The notes under the pieces are model-generated. The model ran no database searches and had not been told where the DNA came from. It worked only from the letters and a program-made list of their open reading frames with translations. A program made the translations under genes and the position numbers. A DNA stretch of 63,784 nt, counting the filler, from Reticulomyxa filosa (taxonomy: Eukaryota; Protista; Foraminifera): assembly GCA_000512085.1 (NCBI GenBank). It is 20 parts of 20 records of this genome, joined end to end, with 100 filler letters (N's around TTAATTAATTAA, not from the genome) between each part and the next. Parts side by side here need not be neighbours in the genome. Positions count along the whole stretch, not along the records: positions 1 to 4,291 come from ASPP01000833.1; positions 4,392 to 15,749 come from ASPP01014315.1; 18 more parts are not named here. One strand, 5' to 3'. Shown in pieces: positions 1 to 12,208 of the stretch; the first letter of the stretch is position 1, and every line of letters starts with the position of its first letter.

Positions 1-332
1 CAGTTCTCCACAGTAGACTCCCCACATATACTGTAACAGAACAACATCAAAAGAGTTAACTGTACTACTGTAAAGAAGCTAAAGTTTTAGAAAGCATAGC
101 CTTTGAGAATGATTTTGTTAGAAAAAAGAACAAAATTGTATTAATAAAAAAAGGTTTAGAGTTAATTATGATTTTATAGCACGTAGTATTTGTACTTTCT
201 ACCATTACTAAACGCGTTGAAGTTTTATACATAGTCAGCAAGATAAATTACTTTTTCCAACTTTAATTGTTAGACAAAAAAGGGAGAGGAGAGAATTGTA
301 ATTATTCGATTACGATTGCAGATATTTTCCTC

Positions 333-2448
333 ATGTCCAAAAATGAAACCCAGCAAATAAGTGTATAAAGCTCTGTCTTCAAAAATGTTTCTAACCTGAA
401 AGGAAATGAACACATTAAATCTACTGGCTGTGTGAATAGCTGGAAAAATTCAGACTATTCTTGAATGAAGTTTCACAGATAGCGTCTCAACAAGAAGCAA
501 CAGATGTTGCGATCACTGTTATCGATGAAACTTGTAAAGTCCTTTCATGTGATCGTACATCATTTTTTTTTGTAGATGGCAACTTCTTGGACCTTGTGGT
601 TACGTTTGTTTCTCCCTCCGTCTCATCTTTTTTTGTTATTGCTTTTTTTTTCTGGCCCTTTTTTTTTAAAGGAGGGGAACCGCTAATATAAATACTCAAA
701 TAATCTAAGACAGAAAAACAAACTAAAATAAATAGATTGCAAAAGGCGCCAATAACATTCGAATGCCCAAATCGACTGGATTTGCAGGAGACTGTGCGAC
801 CACAGGGAACATTGTGAACATACCAAACGCCTATAAAGGTGATCATGTGTATATACGTAATTCAAAAAATTTTTTAAAATCTCCCCTTTTTAAAAATCAA
901 ATTAAAAAAAAGGAAGGTTGAATCATTTCATAAAAATAACGTACAACACGCATATGCAAACTATATGCATATAGATCATCAATTTTTACAAAAAAAAAAA
1001 ATTTTTTTTTTTTTTTGGATTGATGTAATTTTGGTCACACATCCATATACATGCCCTCACTAAACAAAAAACAACACAAATAGACGAGAGATTTAACCCA
1101 GAGTTTGACAAGAAGTCAGGTTACCAGACAAAGCAGATATTGTGTGTACCAGTGCGAGATAACCAAGACAAGAGTATGTGGGAGTACTGCAGGCAATAAA
1201 CAAAAAAGACGACACACCATTTGACGCAATCGACGAGCAGTTGTTGCAATCGATTGCATTGCAAGTCGGTGTTGCGCTGCGTTTCGCACAAAAACAAGAA
1301 GAAGCACGTCGAGCCATTGACCAAAAAAATGCCCTCATGCAGTATATCACAGTTTCACCTCCCTTTTATATACATATATATATGTGTGTATATAAAAGGT
1401 TCAACTAAATTTTAAAAAATTGGGGTTTTGTGTTGGACACAGAGTATGAATAGCTCACCAACGGTTGCATCGATCTTGTTCAACCTGAACAAGGCGGCAC
1501 ATGAATTGATAGATAGTGATCGCTGCACAGTGTATATAGTGGATCAACAAGCACATTCGATGCATATTGCATCGGCTGATGCTTCCATCGACATTGTTCT
1601 TCCATTGAACAAAGGCATTGCTGGGTATGTCGCCTCGACCGGGAAAACTTTGAACATCGAAGATGCGTACTTGGATGACCGCTTTGACCAAACATGGGAT
1701 AAAAAAACCGGCTATCGAACCAAGTCGATGTTGGTCGTGGCCGTGTGGCCCGAAACAAGAGAGGAAGAAAAAGAACGGAAAAAAGCCCATTGCCGTCGTC
1801 CAAGTTTCGTTCCATTTTTTTGTGTTTTTTCGCAAGCACTTGCATACATATACACATCGCATCGATATTTCATTTATTACTTTTTTTCCAAAAGTGCAAT
1901 TTATCTATAAACAAAAAATTACAAACTGGGCGAATTTTTAAAAATTATAATAACTTTGTGTCACTTTCCAAATTTGTTGCACGTGATCTGATATATTTCA
2001 TATGTGTATGTATACATATATATATATGCTGTGAACTTGCAATGGGTTGTGATTGGATAATAGTTGATAAATAAGATGGATGAAAAAGGATCATTTACAA
2101 AAGAGGACGAACAATTATTGTCGGTTTTATTGCGTTTCTTATCACCACAACTGTCGAACAATTCGCTTTTTGCTCGCAAAAAAAAGAAAACTGAGTTTGA
2201 AAAAATGAACGATTTTCGTGTGCAAGACTTACCGAGACAACCTTCTCGTGAATTACCATCTCCGCAAGTTATTGGAGAGATCATGGAAGGAGTTGAAGAG
2301 GTATGGAAATGGGAGGGGGAGAAAAAATCAGCTTTTTTTTTTTGAAAAAAAAGAAGTTACAGCCTAAAAAATACACATCGCTTGTATTTTTGTCAATTTC
2401 TCGTTTTTTCAACAGAATGGTGACGCGGAAGAAGAGGACGGGTTTTGA
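333..2448 (+). CDS. Tandem GAF-domain protein (PDE-type cyclic-nucleotide-binding GAFs), 7 exons
   Basis: GT-AG exons approx 333-362, 440-598, 736-838, 1084-1351, 1443-1803, 2064-2300, 2416-2448. Motifs CDRTSFFFVD, GFAGDCATTGNIVNIPNAYKDERFNPEFDKKSGYQTKQILCVPV and GIAGYVASTGKTLNIEDAYLDDRFDQTWDKKTGYRTKSML; two NKFDE motifs (INKKDDTPFDAIDE, INKMDEKGSFTKEDE). The model needs two single-base indel corrections (~1170 and ~1770-1785). Confidence 0.85.
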
Positions 2449-2949
2449 GAATATATATCGTTTGCTCATCACAATTGCTAATTGTTGTTGAGGGGTGCCT
2501 TTGTTGGTTTTATATGGTTTTTTAAGGTTTGCGAATGTGTATGATGAGCAACCTCCAGTTTTCAATCTTCATTGCAATGTTTGTTTGGGGAATTTATTTT
2601 GACGCCTCTTTTCCAATCCTTGTGCTCGCTTTTATTCAGGTCTTTTTGACTTTGAAACTGTTTTTGTCCTGCAAAAAGATCAACCAATCCATTAGTTGTC
2701 CGAACAATGCCTTCTTCTGCAAAACTATATCCTAGCAGTGCAAAATAAGAGATGGAGCAAGCTTCAAAAAAAACTGTCTAAAAACACTGTGAACTTACAA
2801 AAGATCTTGTTCTTTTACTGTGTATAAAAGAGCTGTTCGAATCGGCTTGTTGTGACGACATTTTCTTTTCGTTTTAGTTTTCTTTAATAAAATATATTTT
2901 ACTTAAACTAGTACTAATAAAGTTGATAATAATCCAACAGTCAACAGTA

Positions 2950-4200
2950 ACATGCAAAAACAAAATGGGTCTAATGATATGGCAGCTGTAAATGTTGACA
3001 AATATTATGTGTTGTCAGAAAACGAATTCGGAAGACTGAATGAGGTAGTCGCACGTAGATGACACTGGAATAAGTTTGAGATTAAGTGATAACGCCAAAC
3101 CTTTTGAACCAAAATTGCATTGTAATAACATCAATATGAAGCGTTCTGATAGTGAACAGAATCAAGTCAATAAATAATAATTCTTCCAAATTAGCATTGC
3201 ATGTATGGAAATGTTATGAATAGTAGTTTGGATGATATTGACTTTGGAGTCAGCAAACAGATTTTGACATATTTTTATATAGTCTCGTGATGAATTTCCT
3301 AAATTGAGAAGACAATTGTTAACTTGGAAAGACATATTAACTATCAGATACATTCTTCTCACGATATGTAATAACATAATTCTTGAGTAATGATATGCAT
3401 GCGATAGTCGCTGCTAACATAATAAATTCATAATTTAACAGTTTAATGTAATTACTTTGTGAAATATTTGGAGACAATCATCCAGTATCTGAATGCAAAT
3501 AGTAAATTATATATTTTTCACCATGTGGTAGTGAAGCACTAGATGAAATTTTGCTATAATAGCACAAAGCAAAATTTGATATGACAACAAAATTGGATTA
3601 TGCTGAAGAATGCAACAATATGTCATTGAAAAGATTAAAACTTTAAGACGACACATTAATGCAAATGTTACTATACTCATTAATAGGAATATTGCGCAAA
3701 TTAGTATTAAATAAAGAATATCTTTGCAAGAGACTGAAAATGCACTTCATATTGCTCATAACTAATACTAAATATAAATTATTTACTCAAGAAATTATCA
3801 AAAAAAAGTTTTTTCAAAACGCTATATCCGTTCAAGATATTATCATGTACTAATTAGTGATTTTGATCGTCACAAGACTGCATTTGTCATACTTAATGGA
3901 CTATAAGAATATAATCTTATGGTTTTTGCTTTTTCAAATGACAAACAACATTTCAACTAGATATGACATCAATTTTCGTCGACATATATGAAATTGAAGT
4001 CTACATTGACAATCTAGTAATAGAAAATGAAACAAAACAAATGCATACCGATATTTTAAAAGCATTGTTCCAACGTTTAAAGTCATACAATATGAAATTG
4101 GTGATTGAAAAATTATTTCAAACATTGCGGAATTTACTGCAAAATTATCAAAATTACTACAGAAAAATGCAACATGGAAATTTGATAGTGCACTGAAAAT
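2950..4200 (+). pseudogene. Degenerate coding-like region, family not identified
   Basis: Short protein-like frames (MQKQNGSNDMAAVNVDKYYVLSENEFG..., VDDTGISLRLSDNAKPFEPK...) broken by stops and frameshifts; no recognisable motif. Confidence 0.25.
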
Positions 4201-4291
4201 ACTTTTTTAAAACTGAAAAAGTCAATTGAAAATACTCATCTAATGCAGAATGAATCATTTATTGTTAATTGTGATTAATCTGATGTTGCAG

Positions 4292-4391
4292 NNNNNNNNN
4301 NNNNNNNNNNNNNNNNNNNNNNNNNNNNNNNNNNNTTAATTAATTAANNNNNNNNNNNNNNNNNNNNNNNNNNNNNNNNNNNNNNNNNNNN
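4292..4391. other. Artificial contig spacer N44-TTAATTAATTAA-N44 (first of 19)
   Basis: Identical 100-bp spacers with stops in all six frames start at 4292, 15750, 19483, 27206, 35781, 38607, 40120, 41274, 44005, 46398, 47699, 49075, 51597, 54391, 56249, 57349, 60026, 61271, 62371. Confidence 0.99.
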
Positions 4392-4406
4392 GGGGGGGGG
4401 AGGAGA

Positions 4407-7163
4407 TTGACATATGCACTTAACGTTGTTTGTAATGTTGCTTGGGATGACATAGCTTGCAAAAACGCATTTTTAAAGAGTTGGTGGAATCGGTTGGATA
4501 TGCTCGTGGTAATTGTGGCAGTCTTTGGTTTGATATTCCCCGAAGTCACGTTTTTACGTGGACTGCGAGCAATTCGACCCATTCGTGTCGCCATTCGAGT
4601 GAAACAAGTCGGGTTGTCGTTAAAGCTCTTATCCATTCCTTGGTCAATGTCTTCAATGGAGTGATGTTTGGCCTGCTTATTCTCTTTGTTTTGGCCATCA
4701 TTGGCACGCAATTGTTTTCAGGAGGCATGGGAAGGTATTAACTTTTTTTTTTTTTTATTTATTAAAGTAGTGAAGGAAATATGTCACATTACAAAAAAAA
4801 TATATATAAATATATACATACGTATACATATATTTATATATAAATATGTAACTTGCAAATGTTTTTTAAACAGATGTGTTGCGATTGGAGAACCATTTGT
4901 TCTACAAGATCCAAACCAATACCCCGACAAAGAGTCTTGTAAAAATGGCGTAGTGTGGGTTAACGCCGGATTTAATTTTGATAATGTGTTCAGCTCATTA
5001 TTGACAATTTTTAAAGTCACAAACTTTGCTCATTGGTTTGAAGAACTGTTACGTTTATTTATTATATACGCACGTACACATATATAAATATATACATATA
5101 TGTACATATATATACATATACATATATATATATGTATACGTATGTATATAAAATTGTGTTTTTTGATAACGTGTAATGCACATTGAAGAGCGTCAAGCAT
5201 GGCAACAGTGTCCGATTTTAAACAGGCAGTCCCGTTTCATCGCCCAGAGGCAGCAGTGTATTTTGTGTGTGTGGCATTGATCGGCGGATTTTTCCTGTGG
5301 AACATATTGGTCTCTGTCGTCGTGGACTCGTTCATGCGAATTAAGAAAGAAGAGGAAACCACTGGATTGGTGACGCAGGACCAAGCCATTTGGATCCAGA
5401 CGAGAAGATACGTCGAAAGGTTTCCCTTGCTCAATTCATTGAAAGAGCCACATGCAAAATGGAGACAGTTAATAACTACATTACTATTTGAAGAAGAAGA
5501 AGAAGAAGAAGAAGAAGCGTTCATATAAACTAATGTGAATATTTCATTTTTTTTTCCCCTTCTCTTCTTGAAATACTCAAATACGTATACAAACGTACAG
5601 AAAAGTATTTGCGTTAGTTACTAACGATTACTTTGAGTATTTCATTGTTGGCTGCATTGTCGTGAATGTGGTGTTCATGATGAGCTCGTATGAAAAGCAA
5701 CCGCAAAGTTGGGCGGTGACTCTTTGGGCAATTGATGTGGTATTTGTCACGATATATTGGATTGAAGCGATTTTGAAAATCGTAGGCCTAGGACTCCAAT
5801 ACTTCCAAAGTTGGTGGAACTTGTTTGACTTTGCAATCATCATTGCCTCGGTAGTAAGCATTGGACTGGGCTCACCTGGACAACACTACGCGGCTAATGG
5901 CATTCGATTGATTCGAGCCATTCGAATCGTGCGATTGCTTCGACGCGCGCCCGTTTTGCGAGCTCTTTTTATGACACTCATCTATGCCGCACCGTCCTTG
6001 CTCAATATCGGGCTCTTATTGTTCGTCGCATTCTTCATTTGGGGAATCTTTGGAATGGAATTATTTGGCACCGTCGTTCACAACGACGGATATGGAAATC
6101 ACATCCCCTATGGTTAGTACATACTTTTGTCAATAGCTAGTTTACTTATTTGTACATAACAAATAATAAGCCAATGATAATAAAAATAATAATATTAAAA
6201 AAAAAAAAAAAAAAAAACCAAGATAGCAACGATGGCATTAGCAAGTCGATCAATTTTGAATCGTTTGGTCACAGTTTGTTAGTGTTGTACCGAATTGCGA
6301 CAAATGATAATTGGGGATCAATCCTGCTGGCAACAGGTGCGGAAGGTGATCGCTGCCCTTCGAAACAGTATTTAACCAGATCGTCAGATAACGCCTTCAC
6401 ATATCATTGCGGAAATATGGGCTTGGCCATCACCTACTTTGTTTCATTCAGTATCTTTGGGACATTAGTCATGGTCAACTTGTTCATTGCCGTCATCTTG
6501 GACACTTATGTTGACAACATTGACTTTGAAAAGAGGATGGAAAAACTGGAAGTGGCCAAACAATGGGTTGAAAAATGGAAACTCAAAGACATTCAAGAAA
6601 ATGGCCATGTGCGAGGACGATTGGGAATTGCGACCTTTATTACGACTCTCAAAGTTTGAACCTACTTTTGTGTGTGTGTTGTTAGGTGTATATTATGACA
6701 TATTCAACACTCTGTTTTGATTGATTGGTTGTTCAAAAAGGAATCGCCGGTCTTGATCGGATTAATGATGGAGTCGTTGAATTTACGATTAAATATTGAC
6801 CAAAATCGCGAGGAGTCAGATGTGGATTATGATAATGTTGAATTGTTAAAGGAGAAATCTGTTCATATGTACGGAAGGGTCGATTTCGTGGGCGTGCCGA
6901 ATTCGGCGGATGCAAATGTGATTGTGACCAATGATCACATCAATGCTATATTAACATCTCGTCGATTACACTTGTTATGTCGATTGGTACACAGGGGCAC
7001 ATTGGAAGAGAAATTGGTCGTTTATTATGATGAGACATTGTTTGCAATCGCTTCGCTCATTGTTGGCCCAGAATTCCCAATGCTGTCCTATCATACAGAT
7101 AAACATGTCCATGTATCGGATTGGTGGCAGGAAAAATTGGAAGAAATCAGTCCTACTTTTTAA
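4407..7163 (+). CDS. Four-domain voltage-gated Ca2+/Na+ channel alpha subunit, domains III-IV and C-terminus (5' partial)
   Basis: S4 helices FLRGLRAIRPIRVAIR and IRLIRAIRIVRLLRR; SWWNRLD and SWWNLFDFAII; pore loops NFDNVFSSLLTIFKVTNFAHW and NFESFGHSLLVLYRIATNDNW; S6 MVNLFIAVILD; III-IV linker LVTQDQAIW. Introns 4735-4873, 5048-5188, 5468-5600, 6113-6222, 6654-6740; one indel near 4610; 5' exon boundary approximate. Confidence 0.92.
5490..5517 (+). repeat. (GAA)n microsatellite inside a channel intron
   Basis: gaagaagaa... lies between donor 5468 and acceptor 5600; it produces the spurious poly-E in the ORF track. Confidence 0.85.
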
Positions 7164-8037
7164 CAAGTATTGTCAATCTTGTTTTTTTTTTCCCCCTCCA
7201 TTTATCGGCAGATCAGCAACTTTGTCATATTTGCGCCTTGCAATATGTGCTATTCTTTTTGAAGTGTACATCGTCTTTTGTTTTGTTTTGTTGTTTGTTT
7301 TGCGTTTTTTTTTTTGAAACATTTTGTCCATCTTTCACAACAAATGTGTTTATTTCACTCCAAAACGTTTTCAAATTTTCAAACAGTACGTTTGTGTATA
7401 CTTGAGCTCTGGATTTTTGATTTGAAATTATTTCTTTTGTATTTGATATTCGACATAACATAAGTATTTATTGTTAAAAAAAAACAGCCCATAGATCACT
7501 TTCGACAGAATTTAGCATTATAATTTAGTACAAATGCTAGGTGTAAAAAAAAACATACTTGGAGAACGAACTAAGATGAGAAAACAGCGTAGATTATGTA
7601 AAAACTAGCGCACTGGCTTGCATTGCAAGAAATCAACAAATATAAAACAATGACTTGATAATCTCAGATCATATCAACTTCCTCAATTTTTGAGTATTTT
7701 TTTCATGTAATATTTCAGACAAATTGCACTATTATTTGAATAGGAGCAATAGATGACCCTGGACATGTCTTGTGTAGGAAAAAAAGCATGTTTATTGAAT
7801 TGAGAAAAGGTCAGGTTTTGTGGTATTTCTGCTAAAATAAATTCAAATATCTTTCTTTATTGGCGAATATACTGGGCCGAAATAGCATTTTTCTTGGCAA
7901 AGAATGTAACATTTGAACCTTTTGTTACAAAGAATAGGTTAGCCCTCAGTTTAAAAATAGAAAGTCGCAAAGTCAGTCTCGCTTTGACAAATTTAACTTT
8001 ATATACTCCAACTTTTCGATTATATCTCTGTACGCTT

Positions 8038-10378
8038 TCACAACACTCCCCACAATCGGATTGTTCCGTCTTTAGAAAATGACACAATTGTATTACCGTC
8101 TGGAGAAATATCCACTCCTATCAATTCTCTCAAGCTCCCTTCTAATTTTTGTATTTCAACTCCTAATTTTACATCCCACAATCGAAGTGTTTTGTCCAAT
8201 GAACATGATACAATGGTGTGAGCATCTGGAAAGAATTTCACATCTCTCACTGAACGTGAATGTTCTGTGAATGTTTCCACTTCTTTTCCTGTTGACGTAT
8301 CCCATATTCGGATTGTTTCATCAACCGAACAGGAAACAATAAAACATCCATCAGGAGAAAATTGCGCTTTGAATATATTGTCCTTATGTCCTTGGAATTG
8401 TTTTGTCCTCTCACCTAATATTACATCCCAAAGTGCAATTGTCATGTCATTTGAGGCAGACACAATTTGTCGGCCATTGGGTGAAAATTGGACTTCGTTG
8501 ATCGACATGGAATGTCCAATCATTCTTTTTATCTCTTGTCCAGATCTTACATCCCATAATCGAATAATTTTATCTTCTGCACTTGACACAATCGTCTTTC
8601 CATCGGGTGAAAACTGTGCACATATTACACAGCTAGAATTCGTTAATGTTTTGATCTCTGTCCACGATTTTACATCCCAAAGTCGAAGAGTTTTGTCGTT
8701 TGAACACGATACAATCATATTACCTTCCGGTGAAAATTGCGCATCATTAACAGCATCTGTATGTCCGTTCAGCACGTGGGTTTCTTTTCTCGATGCAATA
8801 GCACATACTCGAACTGTTTTATCTCCAAAAGAACAAACAACAGCCGTACTGTCAGGTGAAAATCTTACACTGTTTAAGTTGTTGGGAGATCGTTGAAGAA
8901 TTTTTAATGGTTTGAAATATTTCATCTGTCACACGTTCAAATTTTTGGCACATATAATTCAAAGCAAAAATGAAGCAAAGAACACAAATATATTTATTAC
9001 CAAAATATATCTCGAAACCATTGTAGTAATGTCATCAACCCATCTAATCTGGACTAAGGACGAGCGAAGCCAATGTTCAATTATTGTTTGAATTTCTTTC
9101 TTTTTCTTTTTTTTTTTTTTTTTTTTTAAAAAAAAGTATTTCAATATCACAGAATAAGTAAGCAAAGAAAAATTTCAATTTAACTTTTAAAAGTTTGCCA
9201 GAATTCTTTTTAATCTTTTTTAAATCTATCTTGATTTCTTCTATCCATCTAATTTCCTCTTCTTCTATAAACCACTCTTTCTCTTTTTCTGTCTCTTCTT
9301 TCATTAAATCTTCCACTTTCACTTTCATATGTGTTGTTAGCATTCTCTGTCCGGAATATCCTCCAATAATGTGTATATATGACTTATCTTCATCTACAAT
9401 GCCAATGCAATTATCCAATGGAATTGGTAAGGCTTGTTCAAGATGAAGCCATTTATTTGCTTCCATTGAATATCTGTGTATGTTGTCCGAAATGTCAAAT
9501 CCAGAATCAATGTTCCCACCAAAAAATAGGATGGTGTCATCGACACAAGCATATCCATAGCAAGAAAGTTGTCTAATGCTTGTACAAACTCGTACGTCCT
9601 CAAATTTGATTGTATTTCTTTTTTCATTGTACATAAGCAACAATCCCGTATCTTTGGAAAATAACATTAGCTCATACATATCTGCACTTGCATTCAATTT
9701 CGTGATTGGCAATTCCTTTTGCTTCTTTGATACGAAGCAATGATATCCCAATACAATACGAATTGGCAAAGTACTGCGCTTCACAACTTGAAATGTAGTT
9801 AAATCAATTATATCAAGATTATTTACAGGATAAGTAATAAACAATAAATGACTGCCACTGCCGCCAATTACTGCCCGAACTCCTTGATAATCATCTTCAT
9901 CTCTGCCAATAGTAATTGGCTTATTTTCATTGTTGGTGAAAGGAATCCATTGGTTACAAGGCTTTGTGCTGACATTTTCACGCTTAACCTCATCTACATC
10001 ATCCCAAACACTTGTATATCTCATTACCAATGTATGCTTTTTTTTATTGTCTGGCCCACCAAAAGATAACAATGTAATTCCGTTTGGATTGCTACTGTTG
10101 ATACGCTTTATCACACAATGCCCATTCAATTTAACATCATCTGGATAAGAGCAGATATACTTGTATTGATTTCGTAGTGAATGATAGGAATAACAATCTC
10201 TTTTAGAATTACCTCCACAAATGAGAATCTCTTGTTTATAGGATACACACTGAATACGATAATTTGGACTTGGCAAAGGAGCCAAAGACTCAAAGGGTGG
10301 CAAAATACACATGTCTGCCATCAGCTCAGCTATTGTGCCATCTAATTGTGTTGTGGTCGGAACCGACTGTGCTTGCAT
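8038..10378 (-). CDS. Kelch-like beta-propeller plus WD40-repeat protein (3 exons)
   Basis: Exon 10378-9185 has kelch-type GG motifs (ILICGG, LLSFGG, ILFFGG, IHIIGG). A 99-nt exon at 9099-9001 is followed by exon 8925-8038 with about 7 WD40 repeats (GH...FSPDG..IVSCS.DKT.RLWD). Confidence 0.85.
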
Positions 10379-10707
10379 TTATTCTATAAGGACAATGTGA
10401 TAGAGAGTTTAATTGATTAAACTCGACTAAAAAAAATTAGCCCGAACAATTCCCCAAGTTTTTTCCACGTTTCTTGTGGTTCACTGTTTTTTTTTAAGTT
10501 TTGTAAATTAGGAAAAAATTGTAAATATTTTTTAACTAAAATTAGGGCCGTAGTGTTGTTGTCTTGCAAATTTAAAATCTCTCCACATTACCATTTTTAA
10601 AAGTATCATTTCAAAAAAAAGACTTTTCAGTGTAACAAGGATGGTTGTAGTTCCAATCATCAAATTTAACAGCTTTTTTTTTATTTCAAAAAAAAAAAGT
10701 AATTTGT

Positions 10708-11942
10708 TTATATGTTGTATAAGTTGTGCCATCCCCAGACACGCAATGTCTCATCTCCTGAACATGTTACAATCATATCTCCACGTGCTGTGATATCTAC
10801 TCCTAGCACAAAATCAGAATGTCCTTCCAGTTTCTGAATTTCAACTCCTGATCTTATATCCCACAATCGAACTGTTCTGTCTTCAGAACATGAGACAAGA
10901 GTTTGACCATCAGGAAAATATTGTACATCTCTTACTGACTCAGTATGTGCATTGAATGTTTTTATCTCTTTCTCTGATTTTACATCCCATATGCGAATTG
11001 TGGTATCAGTTGAACAAGAAACAATGAAACAATCATCCAGAAAAAATTTTGCTTTCATTACAGAATCTGAATGTCCGGACAATCTCTTGACTATTTCATT
11101 TGACTTTACATCACATATGAAAATTAGTCTGCCAAATGATGCTGATACAATCATTTGCCCATCTGATGAAAGTTGAGAATTATATATCGCATCATGATAT
11201 TTTGCCAATGTTTTCATCTCTTTTCTAGATTTCACATCCCATATTCGAATAGTTTTGTCCCATGATGATATAATATTTCCATCAGGCAAAAATTGAGACC
11301 TTGATATTACGTTTGTGTGCCCTTCAAATCTTTTTATTTCATGTCCTGATTTTGTTTCCCATATCCGAATGGTTCTATCAGCTGATGATGATATAATAAG
11401 AGTTTCATCTGGTGAAAATTCTGCATCATTGACGGTATCTGAATGCCCTCTGAAAAGTTGAATTTCTTTTTCTGCTATAATATGTAACATTTGAATTGCT
11501 AAGCCACTTGTTATAAGGATTATATTATTATCATATTTTGAAATCCTTACACTTGTCACTGCGGATTGATATCCTCGTACAATTTTCAACAATGTAAAAA
11601 ATTTGGCCTATTTGAGTGTGGCTCGACAATACAAAATAATTCAAATATTACAAAAGCAGTATATTAACGTATTGTGCAACAATTTTATCAAAATCATTAA
11701 TCCATCCCAACTTGACATCCAGTACTCGAATCCAATTTTGGATAATTATTCTTATAATTTTTTCTATCTTTTTTAAATGTAGATGCAAAAATATATGTAC
11801 AATATACATATGTATATGTTATAAACCTATTTACAGAATGGCTTGTTGATTTTGCGTTTGTGTTTACCTCTGTGTCCTTTGTTCGTCCATCTAGCTTGGT
11901 CTTTTCTAAAGGAGTATCGTCAACATTTTCAGTTGTATTCAT
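10708..11942 (-). CDS. WD40-repeat protein (3 exons)
   Basis: Short disordered first exon, 99-nt exon 11767-11669 (IIIQNWIRVLDVKLGWINDFDKIVAQY), then about 7 WD40 repeats (GHSDTVNDAEFSPD...DRTIRIWE). Tandem paralogue of the neighbouring gene. Confidence 0.85.
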
Positions 11943-12208
11943 CACTGGCTTTTGTTTGTCAGAATATTGTCAATAACTGCAAATGATAATAATCTATCTC
12001 AAAAACATTGACTAACTCAAAGTTCAGGTCTCCTTTATTTTATGATATACGTATCAAAAATTCTGAAAAATATTTTACATTCTTTTATTTAATTTGACTT
12101 GAAAAATTTTTTTGATTGATTAAACGAAAAATTGTTGTGAGTAACAGAAACAAAAATGGAGCTGGCTCAAAGGGAAAGAAACTTCTTAGAATTTTGTACT
12201 GCTACGAA

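Noticed and set aside
1174-1184. 11-nt GT...AG micro-intron that would repair the GAF frameshift
   Set aside because: Implausibly short and it would delete the conserved VG of VGVLQAINK; one missing A explains it better.
8267-8896. 209-aa antisense ORF, plus similar ones at 10952, 23953, 30251 and 50893
   Set aside because: Shadows of WD40 or low-complexity genes on the opposite strand; no independent motifs.
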